This document shows positions 37,769 through 47,556 of a stretch of DNA of 64,000 bases, piece by piece. The notes below the pieces were generated by a model that was not told the origin of the DNA, searched no databases, and saw nothing but the letters and a program-made list of their open reading frames with translations. Both the position numbers and the translations under genes were made by a program. The first letter of the stretch is position 1. Each line of letters begins with the position of its first letter. The DNA comes from Thermoplasmatota archaeon (GTDB taxonomy: Archaea > Thermoplasmatota > Thermoplasmata > UBA10834): positions 6,335-70,334 of the forward strand of contig JAFGHM010000055.1 of the NCBI GenBank assembly GCA_016930135.1. The letters are read 5' to 3'.

Positions 37769-37891
37769 TCGGACATAACTCTATTCGCGGTTCTCCCGCA
37801 CTATGGTGACTTCGTCCCTTTGTCAGGGATGTGCCCCCAATCCATAGGTCGCACTCGAAGTGCACTCTTTCCCGGGGTCGAAATCCTGACT
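37769..37891. repeat. Dispersed ~122-bp intergenic repeat, copy 2 (copy 1 at 4572-4693)
   Basis: Same orientation; aligns over its whole length with a few substitutions and indels. Confidence 0.9.
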
Positions 37892-38017
37892 GCGAAAGGG
37901 TTCGTCTCTCACGAACATCCAATAGATGATCCAGAGAAGCTTGCACGAGGTCGCGATTCCCGAATGAGCAAGCGTATCCCAGTGGAGGAAGCCTTATCTC
38001 GCCACACACCTTGATTC

Positions 38018-39862
38018 ATGTTAGGTGGGTCGATGGAAGGACGGACCCGGACACGCCCGAAAGGCGCCTCAGCCCTCTTCTTTGGTTGGCCTGAGAGGAC
38101 GAACCGCGTGCTTATAGTAGTCGTGGTCTTGGCGCTCTTGCTGGGAGTGCCGGTCCTGTCAATGGCGATTCCATCGGTGCACTTGGATCGGCAAATCGTC
38201 GTCATCGAGCCTGGGTCGTATCTTGCTTTCCATTTCGGCTTCTACGGCTACGGTGAGATTGAGTACATGTACAACGGGATCTCAGGCTCAGATCTCCGCA
38301 TGCTGGAACTGGACAGCGTGAACTACCACCTGTTCGTGGCTGGGAAGTCATATCAGAGCATCTCCTCTCACAGAATATACTCATCAGGAGTAGGAGGCCA
38401 TGGGGAAGGCGGGTTCATCTGGGACAAGTACTTGGTCCTGGTGAATGACGGAGCGGATACCGGGCAACTCGAGCTGGAGATGGACGGGAGAGTCTACTTG
38501 AGCATGCTGCCAGCTGGTGTAATCTCACTGACGGCCTCTGCTGTTGGGTACTTGCTGGGCAGGCAGGCGGACAAGGAGGCGCGTTTGGATATTGCCAACC
38601 CTGTCATCATGGCCCGCAGAGGCCTGCGGAGGAAGGCGCTGGCGACAATCGCGTTGCTCTCTCTGCTTCCCATGGGAATCCTGCTCGCGATTGCCTATGT
38701 GACACCCGCAACCCCACCATTCTTTCTCAGAGGGGGGACTTTCGGATTCTACATTGGACTGTTTGTCACTCTCCTGATCGTCTTCCAGCTCCGATTCAAG
38801 CTGACAAAGGACCAAGTAGCACAGAGACCGCTACTTGCGAACCTTGCATACCGCCTTCGAGTCTCCGGATATAGAGTGACGGAGGGCGAAGATCGCCTGA
38901 TCGTGCACATATCGTCCACATCTGCCGTCCACACAATCACGAGGAAGGCATCGGACGGGACTTGGGTTCTGTACAAGACTAGCGCAACGCCGAAAGGTTT
39001 CGGCATTCTGATTGTTCTCTCTCTAACCTTCCTTGGTGCCCCTCTCGCCCTGGGCCTCTCTCTCTTCATGCTGTACAGGACCTCTGTCTTCGCAAGCACC
39101 AGGGTCTTGCCAAGGCTTTCGCAGCTCCCGATACCTCAGCCACAAGGCGGTGAAGCCGATACCCGGATGATGATAGTCGAGAGCCTTTCGGAAGGGCGAA
39201 GATTGTCTGCCGAGGCCTATGAATGCGCCAGGTCGAACTACCACGATGCAGTGATCCTCATGGCGATTGTGGGAATTGTCTTGGGGAATATTGTTGGCAT
39301 TCTGGCCTACCAACAGACTGACTTCGACGCCAGAATCCGCATCGCCCTCGCAGTCGCGATTCTGTTCTCCGTTCTCTTCGCCGCTGTCTCTTGGTTGTTC
39401 CTCGGCGCGAAATTCAGGCCAAGGATCAACGAGTTCAAGGCATGGACGACCAAGCTCGACGCAGCGCTGTCGCGCGAGGCTGCGGGCCTCAGCCCTTCTG
39501 ATGGCGAACCCAGCTCGTTCGAGTTGATTGCGGACTCATTCAAAGAGATGCCGAAGTGGCTGAAGGCCAGAAGGCGGGCGGGCGGGTACAGGAGGCCGTT
39601 GTACTGGTTGCTCATGTTCTTCCTTCTGTACGGCGCCTTCATATTGGGCATGAACGGATACTCCTACTGGGCCGAGGAGACGAATCCGACAGCGGGAATC
39701 GCAGCCATGGCCCTTGCGGTCGCATTGGCCCTGCTTGCAGCGTTCTCGTATTGGGTGGTGAAGAGGAGATTGAACCAGGAGATGGAGACGACGCTCTCCG
39801 AGTGGAATGAGAGACAGGAAGCTCTGAGATTGGCGATGGAGAGGCTCCTGGCAGGGGAGTGA
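38018..39862 (+). CDS. Multi-pass membrane protein of unknown function
   Basis: 614-aa ORF with about 10 TM helices in pairs separated by soluble segments; start uncertain (38018 or 38033). Confidence 0.8.
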   Translation: MLGGSMEGRTRTRPKGASALFFGWPERTNRVLIVVVVLALLLGVPVLSMAIPSVHLDRQIVVIEPGSYLAFHFGFYGYGEIEYMYNGISGSDLRMLELDSVNYHLFVAGKSYQSISSHRIYSSGVGGHGEGGFIWDKYLVLVNDGADTGQLELEMDGRVYLSMLPAGVISLTASAVGYLLGRQADKEARLDIANPVIMARRGLRRKALATIALLSLLPMGILLAIAYVTPATPPFFLRGGTFGFYIGLFVTLLIVFQLRFKLTKDQVAQRPLLANLAYRLRVSGYRVTEGEDRLIVHISSTSAVHTITRKASDGTWVLYKTSATPKGFGILIVLSLTFLGAPLALGLSLFMLYRTSVFASTRVLPRLSQLPIPQPQGGEADTRMMIVESLSEGRRLSAEAYECARSNYHDAVILMAIVGIVLGNIVGILAYQQTDFDARIRIALAVAILFSVLFAAVSWLFLGAKFRPRINEFKAWTTKLDAALSREAAGLSPSDGEPSSFELIADSFKEMPKWLKARRRAGGYRRPLYWLLMFFLLYGAFILGMNGYSYWAEETNPTAGIAAMALAVALALLAAFSYWVVKRRLNQEMETTLSEWNERQEALRLAMERLLAGE

Positions 39863-39865
39863 CCG

Positions 39866-40159
39866 ATGGCGACTCCACAGCCCATGGACCGGCCCGACTT
39901 GTACATAGTCGCCCGCATCCTCGAGCGGCTGTGGAGAGAGGAGAAGCCGATGCTCAAGACCCGCCTCCAGATAGCCTCCAACATCAACTATGACGTGTTC
40001 AGGAAATACACTTCCTGGATGGCCAACCACGGGCTGATAGCCGCGGAGACAGCGGACGACGGGCACGAGCGCCTGCATCTCACGCCCAAGGGCGAGGAGG
40101 CCTACAAGAAGCTGGTGCAGTGGATCAACGAGGTCATCCACAGGAAGATGCCCTCATGA
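39866..40159 (+). CDS. Winged helix-turn-helix protein (archaeal HTH_45-like)
   Basis: RPDLYIVARIL, KTRLQIASNINY..F.KY, LTPKGEE; 3 nt downstream of the membrane gene. Confidence 0.88.
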   Translation: MATPQPMDRPDLYIVARILERLWREEKPMLKTRLQIASNINYDVFRKYTSWMANHGLIAAETADDGHERLHLTPKGEEAYKKLVQWINEVIHRKMPS

Positions 40160-40269
40160 CGGTGGCGCCTCACGACTTCGTCCTGTTCTCTTCCAACGCG
40201 ATGGGGACAGGGTGACGAAACGGATACCAGTCGCGTTCAGAAAACGGTTCTCGGAGTCTGATCTCGCGA

Positions 40270-41220
40270 TCATCCGCAGGTTCCTACGAAGTTCTTTCTT
40301 GTCTGTAGAAGCACTTCGAGGTTGCGAGGGAATGACGAAAGATCCAGCCCAATCCGCTTGAGCTTCTTCTCTATCCTAGCCGCTCTCTCGCCAGAGAACT
40401 TCCCTTCTAGAAGATACGCGCTCTCCTCCTCCGTGAACTCTTCTCGGTCGTCGTACCAGTTGATGAGTTCCTTGTTGTAGGGGCACACCATCTGACAGCG
40501 CATGCACCCAATCAAAGCGTTATGGGCCGAAGCATCGATCCATCGGGAAAATCTCTCGCTAGCGGGCTTCTCGTTCAAGTATGTCAGGCACGTCTCTGCG
40601 CTGACGAGAAACCTGTCCTCTCGAATCGCCTTCGTCGGGCAGGCTTCGATGCAGGCCTTGCACTTGTCGCACAGTGGAAGCGCCTTCTTCTCCTGCCAGT
40701 TGTCCACAGGGCTGTCGTAGTCGGAGTAGAAGGCAGTGGGACGGTGGAAGCTTCCGAATGCGGGGATGTAAGTAATGTTGTTCCTTCCGTAGAGGGCGAG
40801 CCCGCTCCTGACCGCGAGAAGCTTCAGGGGCAACATGGCCCTCACGAATCTGTACTTCCTTGGCTCGAACGCCTTCTTCAGGAGGAGTCTGGCCCGATTC
40901 GCCACCTTGTAGGCGTCGAAATATGTCGGCGGGACCAGAAGCTGGATCTTCCTATTCTCCCAATTGAAGGTTGTGCGTATCATCGGCTGTGGCGTCGAGA
41001 CTATGATGATCGACCTCGCCCGGGGAAGACTCTTGGGAAGCCGCGGCGTATGGTACGGTCTCTTCTTTCCTGAGTAGTTGTAGATGCTATCGTCGAGGAG
41101 CCCCTCGTCGTGGAGCGAGCTGATCTCCTGGCCGAGTTCCTCCAGATGATCAATCGAGACGACGCTGCCAAAGCAGCCGTTCTCTTCCAGATACTTGACG
41201 AATTCCGGTTTGATTCTCAC
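40270..41220 (-). CDS. QueG/reductive-dehalogenase-like 4Fe-4S double-cluster protein
   Basis: LPLKLLAVRSGLALYGRNN, CDKCKACIEACP, CLTY, GCMRCQMVCP. Confidence 0.85.
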   Translation of the reverse strand: MRIKPEFVKYLEENGCFGSVVSIDHLEELGQEISSLHDEGLLDDSIYNYSGKKRPYHTPRLPKSLPRARSIIIVSTPQPMIRTTFNWENRKIQLLVPPTYFDAYKVANRARLLLKKAFEPRKYRFVRAMLPLKLLAVRSGLALYGRNNITYIPAFGSFHRPTAFYSDYDSPVDNWQEKKALPLCDKCKACIEACPTKAIREDRFLVSAETCLTYLNEKPASERFSRWIDASAHNALIGCMRCQMVCPYNKELINWYDDREEFTEEESAYLLEGKFSGERAARIEKKLKRIGLDLSSFPRNLEVLLQTRKNFVGTCG

Positions 41221-41473
41221 AGCACGGAACCGTCGTAGTATTGCATCTTCGAGTATTGAATGAATGGGTTGAAGTCGGCGTTGAGATGATGCTGATTGTC
41301 GGCCCCGCCGTGCTGGGAACCGTTGGCCGTGTTAGATTTGGGACGAGCTGTGTTTATGACGCTTCCTTATGACCAAAGACTCCAACCCAATGCATTCCCT
41401 CAGTAATCGATGTGGGGATCACTGCGCCCACCTTCGGATGCCAGAAGGCTGCAGGCACATGTCAATTTTCGGA

Positions 41474-42001
41474 CTATGAGTATGTGAGAGTGGATACAGA
41501 GACCAGCTTCCATGGGCCCTTTCTGACGGACATCTCGGCAATCCAGTCAATCACCTTCTCCCCCTCCCGTACAAGCGTGTACCTCACCCTCGTGGGTCTT
41601 CCTTTGATCATCGCATTCTCTGAGACGAACTCCAGCCTGTTGCCTTCGAGCTTGCCATTGAGTTGGTGCAGGATGCCTAGGTTTGCCGCCCTGAGCATCC
41701 TGTACTCCCTGTCTCTGGAGTCCCATCCCACGATGCTGTAGCCGTGCACGGGGCTGATCCTCTTCGTTCCACTGTATGTCCATTCATCCCATGTGAACAC
41801 GCAGAAAAGGCCCCCCATTATCCATCTGCTGGCAATCCTGCCCTCCTCTCTGAGCTCCGGCGAATTCGGCTCGAAGAATCCTCGCGCGATGATGCCTTCA
41901 AGGGCTCCATGGCCTTGGGGGAAGAACTTCCTGAGCGCATTCGTCTCTGAGGACTCCTTCACTGGGTTCAGCCTCTTGCCATTCGCATTGATTCTCGTCA
42001 T
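41474..42001 (-). CDS. DUF1579-like beta-barrel protein
   Basis: SRWIMGGLF, HGYSIVGWDS....Y; GAGGAG RBS before ATG 42001. Confidence 0.7.
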   Translation of the reverse strand: MTRINANGKRLNPVKESSETNALRKFFPQGHGALEGIIARGFFEPNSPELREEGRIASRWIMGGLFCVFTWDEWTYSGTKRISPVHGYSIVGWDSRDREYRMLRAANLGILHQLNGKLEGNRLEFVSENAMIKGRPTRVRYTLVREGEKVIDWIAEMSVRKGPWKLVSVSTLTYS

Positions 42002-42134
42002 CGTCGCATTTCTCCTCGAAGGCGTCCGTGGCATCTTGGTAATCACGACCAGGCTCATCTGTGCATGTCAAGTGGGCGAAATCCGATGCAGTCCCTGACC
42101 CGGAGCAGATGTCCTTTGATGTAACGGCATTGGT

Positions 42135-42354
42135 TGACAGGGCATGATAAGGAAGATAGTACATCTGAGCTCGGGAAGGGGCGGAAGTCCGGCAGTGGCG
42201 AGTCAACAGGTCGCCATCATAGACATTGTGGGAGTGAGTCCTCCCCCAGGATCATTTGGACTGACTCTCCCGATTGCCGCGCCCTTCCCCTTCACACGAT
42301 TGCGATGGGGTTCTCGGGGGCGCTCAGGCCGAGCATCCTCACAGAGCCCTGTCA
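42135..42354. ncRNA. Candidate structured RNA or miniature inverted-repeat element (unassigned)
   Basis: Nested inverted repeats: TGACAGGGC/GCCCTGTCA, CTGAGC/GCTCAG, GGGAAGGGGCGG/CCGCGCCCTTCCC, GAGTCA/TGACTC. Confidence 0.45.
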
Positions 42355-42412
42355 TCCGTCGCTTTCACTATCGGGGGAAGCGTAGATACACAACGAAGAG
42401 GTGGAAGGCGGC

Positions 42413-45400
42413 CTATCTGTTCGGCTCGTCCTCTTTCCTGGGGCGCACTCTGCAGACCACGACAATCATAGCGGACAGCGCCACCAGAGAAGCGAGATTG
42501 CCTAGCTCTGGTACCCACAAGCTATCGTACAGCACCTGGATTGGCGCGGTCGTGTTCTGGGTCCACTGCCAGCAGATCTTGTATTCGCCGGGGGCGGAGT
42601 ATATCGACGTCATGTATTGCTTCGTGAAGCTCGTCTGTGGCTCTATGGCGATTCCGTACCAAGTGCCCGAAATGCACTTCCTGGCCATCACAGTCTTGGG
42701 CGTGAACGCGGAATCACACTGGAGCCACAGGACGTACAGATCGTCGGTGGAGCTGTCGAGGGATATTGTCGGATAGTAGTTGGCGAGTCCTCTTGTGTCG
42801 TTCGCCGGATCCAAGTTCAGGCCAGGCGTGAACGTGAGATCGGTGTTGCTGTGCGAGTACCAGATCTGCGGGATCGAGGCCTGACCGGACTTCCGACCGG
42901 TGCCGTAGACGACATGCACGACCCCCTTGCTGTCGATGACTACCGAAGGTGGGGAGTTGTCGGTGTTCGCGGTGCTTCCGGCCGGACCGTATATCGCACT
43001 CTCAGGACTCCAGACGCCAGTGTATTTCATGGCTTTCACGCTGCCCTGGAAGGCGTACACAGCCCACACGTCGCTCCCAGAGCCAGCGGGAAGAACCGAG
43101 CCCTTGACGTTGTCATAATCCGAAGCCCACGGCAGCAGTTGCCCGATGTTCTTCCAGGAGCTTGTGCTGCCGACTTCCGTGCTCATGAACACATTGAGCT
43201 GGTACCTTGCAGGCTTGTCCTGAGAGCAATTGCTCGAGAGAACCCAGAGATAGCCGCTCAGGTCCTTGGAGATATAGGTGTTCTTGCCTGCGAGGGCGTA
43301 GCTCGAGGTCTTCAGGTTCGAATCGCTTGCGGCCCATGTGATCATGTGCGCGGTTGCATCGACCTTGCCCGTCTGGACGACCACGCTGTTGGACGCCGAC
43401 GATGTGTCGCCGACCGCGTACACAGTGGCAGTCGAGGAATCGTACCATATGGAGGTTTCGTTTACCCCTGGAGTGTTGAACACGCGACCCCCGTAGATCC
43501 ACGTCTGGCCGTCGTCCACGCTGTACTTGTGCACGGTGTTCGCACCGTCGAAGTACAGACTCCAGTGGTTGACGCCGTCGTAGAACATCTTCCTCTGATA
43601 TGACATCGAGGTGGCGCAAGGGGAAGTCGTTGCGGGATCGACGATCCAAGTCCTTGTGAGCGTGCTCATCGAAGCTGGATTGAAAGTTGCGGAGTCGCTC
43701 CAGCCCTCCCAGGAAGTGGTCTCAACGATGAAGTCTATCTCGACGCTGCCCCCTAGGCTGATTGTGCTGACGCCTATCTCGATCCTCTGGTCGTCCTTCG
43801 CGGCCGTGAAGGTCCATGTGTTCTCCACCCACTTGCCCAACGCGATCGAGTAGTCGAACTGCTTCTTGGACGTGATCAGGCCGAACAGCCCCTTCAGCTC
43901 TATCTTACGGTCAGCGCCGATACGCTTCGAGTCGAACGCGACGGTCTCGCCTGTGTTGTTCGATCTGTCGCTGTCCACGTAGATGGTGAGTATGTCCTCT
44001 GCAGTTCGTCTGGGAGAGATGATCACCCCTCCGCCGCCAGCTCCCAAAGGCTTCCTAACCACAGCGGGGATGTAGGTACCGTTGCAGATATCGCCGTCTG
44101 TGCTCAAGTAGAAGAAAGAGGTCTGCGCAGTGCTCAGGTTGCCGACTTCGTCGATGTCCGTGCTGGGGTTCGCGACAGGCGACAGGTCGTGATCGGTCGA
44201 AAGCCGACCATTCCAGTCGGCGAAGGCTCCGTCGATGACGACCCCCGAAGGAGGTGATCCCGCATATGCGCTCGCACCAGAGCCAAAAATCTCCACGCTC
44301 GCGAACGTGGAAGCTATGCTGGATGTGAGCACCTTCGCCGTTACGAGCTGCCCATCGCTCGCAGCGGACGTGTCCACCGCTACTACTACCTCCTGCTCCT
44401 CTCCGGTCTCCAACGGGAACGCGATCTCCTGGTACACAGGCGATGCACCAACGAGGACTGGGTTGATCCCGCTGACATGACCGCCTTCGCCCTCGCATGT
44501 GAATGTCAGCTTGAGCATCTGGGTCGAAGTAGCCATCTGGACGATCCCGGTGGCTGCCAGGTCGGCTGAAGGCGCCTGTCGCACTATCAGCACACCTCCT
44601 TTCAGCGGGGCCGTGTGGCTCACCGAGCCTCTGTCCGCGGAGTCCTTGGAGACGAAGACGAACCTCGCAGACGGTCCTACCGGCTCGGGCATGTAGGCGC
44701 CCGCTTCTAGGCGCTCACCGTCAAGCGAGCAGGAGAGCGAATCCACCAAAGCCCAAGCCGTCCAGTTGTACTGGTCTGAAGATGAGGCATAGCGCAGCAG
44801 CGAGGTCGACTTGACCACGGAATCCCATCCCGTCAGCTGGAGCATGTAGTCCGCTCCAGTGGACTCAATGATGTAGCCCGTGCTGTTCGAGCCGTCCGAG
44901 TCCACGAAGAGGTAGTAACACTCGGCGATCGGAGAACTCATGATCTGCGACTCTGCTCTGAAATAGAGGAACAGGTCCGATAACTGGGCCCCGACTGCCC
45001 ATTCGGTGATGACGGACGACGGAGCGGGCGCCTGAAATCTGATTCCATAGGTCGTTGCGCCATCCCAGTCGGAGTAGTCGCCGTCAACAGAGAACTCGTC
45101 TCCCATGTTCGAGTACGAAAAGAAGATGAACGCTGGTATGATGATCAGGATCGCCACCAGCGCAGCGAGCATCTGCCACCTGATCGGCCTTGAGGCGCGT
45201 CTTGCCGCGGGGCCCTCCTCTCGTCTCCCAGTCCCGGTCGGTGGCCCGGCGCCGTTCACGAACCCAGTGCCGTTCACCACGCCAGTGCCGTTGATCAGGC
45301 CTCTGTCACTCGCCCTACCGAGCCCATTGACATAGCTGATGCCATTGGTGCGACCGGTGGCTTTCGCTGGAGTCTCTACAGGGACGGTCGTGACCTTCGC

Positions 45401-46120
45401 AGATCCTGGTCTCCGCTTGCTTCCAGTCCTCCCTGTCGGGGCCAAGGTCTCTTCCGGAGGGATGACAGAATCCTCTGGACGCCGGGCTTTTGGCCGCTTC
45501 GTAACGGGTTGCGCCTCTTCCGCCTTTGGCACCGTCTCGATGAAGATCGTATTGCATATGGGACATCTCTCGAAGCTCTTCGGGATGATTGAATTACAGA
45601 CGTGACACGGTCGGAACTCTCTGTGTTCCTCGACACCGACCTCCTCGGGCGGCTCTTCCACGGGTACAGAATCGACTCGAGCTGTTTGTTCCGGCGTCCC
45701 CCTCTCATCCCCGAGTGGCGTTCCGCACGCTGGGCACTTCGATTCCGTTCCCTCTAGAATCATCTGGCAGATCGGACAGAGAGGCCTCTTGCCTTCCTCT
45801 GTCGCGTCCAAGGCCTCGTACTCTGCGAATTCCGGCTCGTGCTTGCTGATGCCTTCATCAGCAGGCTGGACCTTCGCCTTCTTGGAGGCTGCTGGGATAT
45901 CTGCCCCGCATAGCGGACATATCTTCGAGCTTCTGAGGATCGAAGCTCCGCAGTTCGGGCACTCGAGCCTGCTAGACTTCGTGGGCTTACTCTTCTTCTT
46001 GCCGGACTTGCCCCTATTGTTCGTGAGCTCCTTGCCACACTGAGGGCAGGTCTTGTCACCGTGGGCGAGCGTCCATCCGCAAGATGGGCATTCCTTGGTC
46101 CGTTTGGTTTTGGAGGTCAT
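42413..46120 (-). CDS. Large membrane/surface protein: 4 zinc ribbons, GxxNG repeats, TM, two DG.F.DW domains, propeller, PEF-CTERM-like tail
   Basis: CPSC/CPQC, CPNC/CPLC, CPIC/CPAC, CHVC/CPIC; RWQMLAALVAILIIIPAF TM; VDGDYSDW, IDGAFADW; VPELGNL + TM + basic tail. Confidence 0.9.
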   Translation of the reverse strand: MTSKTKRTKECPSCGWTLAHGDKTCPQCGKELTNNRGKSGKKKSKPTKSSRLECPNCGASILRSSKICPLCGADIPAASKKAKVQPADEGISKHEPEFAEYEALDATEEGKRPLCPICQMILEGTESKCPACGTPLGDERGTPEQTARVDSVPVEEPPEEVGVEEHREFRPCHVCNSIIPKSFERCPICNTIFIETVPKAEEAQPVTKRPKARRPEDSVIPPEETLAPTGRTGSKRRPGSAKVTTVPVETPAKATGRTNGISYVNGLGRASDRGLINGTGVVNGTGFVNGAGPPTGTGRREEGPAARRASRPIRWQMLAALVAILIIIPAFIFFSYSNMGDEFSVDGDYSDWDGATTYGIRFQAPAPSSVITEWAVGAQLSDLFLYFRAESQIMSSPIAECYYLFVDSDGSNSTGYIIESTGADYMLQLTGWDSVVKSTSLLRYASSSDQYNWTAWALVDSLSCSLDGERLEAGAYMPEPVGPSARFVFVSKDSADRGSVSHTAPLKGGVLIVRQAPSADLAATGIVQMATSTQMLKLTFTCEGEGGHVSGINPVLVGASPVYQEIAFPLETGEEQEVVVAVDTSAASDGQLVTAKVLTSSIASTFASVEIFGSGASAYAGSPPSGVVIDGAFADWNGRLSTDHDLSPVANPSTDIDEVGNLSTAQTSFFYLSTDGDICNGTYIPAVVRKPLGAGGGGVIISPRRTAEDILTIYVDSDRSNNTGETVAFDSKRIGADRKIELKGLFGLITSKKQFDYSIALGKWVENTWTFTAAKDDQRIEIGVSTISLGGSVEIDFIVETTSWEGWSDSATFNPASMSTLTRTWIVDPATTSPCATSMSYQRKMFYDGVNHWSLYFDGANTVHKYSVDDGQTWIYGGRVFNTPGVNETSIWYDSSTATVYAVGDTSSASNSVVVQTGKVDATAHMITWAASDSNLKTSSYALAGKNTYISKDLSGYLWVLSSNCSQDKPARYQLNVFMSTEVGSTSSWKNIGQLLPWASDYDNVKGSVLPAGSGSDVWAVYAFQGSVKAMKYTGVWSPESAIYGPAGSTANTDNSPPSVVIDSKGVVHVVYGTGRKSGQASIPQIWYSHSNTDLTFTPGLNLDPANDTRGLANYYPTISLDSSTDDLYVLWLQCDSAFTPKTVMARKCISGTWYGIAIEPQTSFTKQYMTSIYSAPGEYKICWQWTQNTTAPIQVLYDSLWVPELGNLASLVALSAMIVVVCRVRPRKEDEPNR

Positions 46121-46556
46121 GTAATCGGGGGGACGTCGGACGGTCTGTGAACGGTTTGGTCCGTTTGGAATCTATTGTCAGTGTGTGCTCTTTATCTTTG
46201 CTGGACAGATACCAATGGTGCTGGCACGGCTATTATATCACTAATATGAGTCAGTAGACAGATATATCTAGAATAAAATGCACTTTTTTGACCATGAAGC
46301 GCCCAATTCTCGGCCTGATCCTCGCGGGACTGGCAAAGAAGCGCATGAGAAGGGCGCCTTGTCGGCCGCGAGAAAGAGCCCGTCAATCGCGGCATGAGAG
46401 TGAGTCATCCCGGTGTCGAGGGACCTAGCCGCCTTCTCGCGGGGTCGATTCTCTGATGTGCAGGCTGAAGGCCTTGCTCTTGCGCTTCGAGATGCTTTCG
46501 CCAAGGCTTTGGACCATCGCATAGAAGGCAGGTCATGTCGGCGAGAAGGGAGCAGT

Positions 46557-47054
46557 GTGAACGCCCTTGTCGCAGACATGTCTTCGACGGGCAACGTTCA
46601 GAAGGTCGCTGAGGCCATCTACAGAGAGATAGCCTACAGGAAGGAGATCAGACCGATCGAGGAAGTGCATGACATCGGAGCCTATGGCGTCTCATTCCTT
46701 GGATTCCCGACACACCAGCAGGGGCCTGACAAGAAGGTCAAGGAAGTCCTTGCGAGGCATTGAACGAACGGCAGGAGGGTTGCGCTGTTCGTGACGCACG
46801 CCGCCCTGGAGTACATGTCCGGGCTTCCAGAATGGATGGCCGGATTCAAGCAGGCAGCCGGTGGCGCGAACCTCGTGGGATTCTTCGATTGCCAGGGAGG
46901 GCCCGCCAAGGGAGTGAAGTCCATCATGAGGATCCCTTCCAACAAGAAGTCCCGGACGTGGCCCAAGATGGACGAAAGCAAGGGTCAGCCCGATCATGCC
47001 CGGCTCGAGAAGGCCTGAGCATTCGCAAGGGACGTCCTGAGCCGCCCAGTCTAG
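46557..47054 (+). pseudogene. Flavodoxin-like protein, disrupted
   Basis: MSSTGNVQKVAEAI, FLGFPTH, VALFVTHA, GFFDCQG, GQPD.ARLEKA in one frame, interrupted by TGA 46761-46763 and TGA 47016-47018. Confidence 0.8.
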
Positions 47055-47212
47055 CCCGGCCGCTAGAGGGTCTCATCATGCGCCCAAAACGAGTGCTGGC
47101 CGTCCCGTCTTCCCGTTATCGATGTGGCAAGCATCATTACTTGTAGTAGGACCTTCTAGACTCGCCTGCTGCGAGCGCAGTCAGTGCTCGCGCGAAAAAA
47201 GGAGAAAACGTA

Positions 47213-47398
47213 ATGAGTTACGGCACGTATGGAGGCGGCAGCCGCAGATATGACTCAGGTCCCAGGGAGATGCACAAGATAAAGTGCTCCGACTGTGGGG
47301 CTGACTCAGAGGTTCCCTTCAAGCCTACAGAGGGAAGACCTGTCTACTGCCAAACATGCTTCCAGAAGCACAGACCCCCACGAAGAGATTCGTTCTGA
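47213..47398 (+). CDS. CxxC-x17-CxxC domain protein
   Basis: PREMHKIKCSDCG...EVPFKPTEGRPVYCQTCF; AGGAG RBS. Confidence 0.93.
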   Translation: MSYGTYGGGSRRYDSGPREMHKIKCSDCGADSEVPFKPTEGRPVYCQTCFQKHRPPRRDSF

Positions 47399-47556
47399 TC
47401 GTTCAGTTCATTTAGGTGAATTATTCGTTCAATTCGTATTGATTCGCAAACCCCTTCATGATTCTTTTGACGGCCGTCTGGTGAGCTTCAGCTATTGGCA
47501 CATTCCGGGCCTTCATCCGGGCTCTCGAGCTTCCACCCTGCTGTCAAGAACGTAGT

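Noticed and set aside
37845-37856. GTGCGACC on the minus strand as a group II intron 5' end
   Set aside because: No domain V/VI or intron-encoded protein is recognisable in the window.
42181-42195. GCGGAAGTCCGGC resembles the RNase P RNA P4 5' strand
   Set aside because: No complementary 3' P4 strand or other conserved RNase P regions found.
46761-46763. In-frame TGA in the flavodoxin-like gene as selenocysteine
   Set aside because: A second in-frame TGA at 47016-47018 and a degenerate FMN-binding loop point to ordinary decay; no SECIS-like element recognised.
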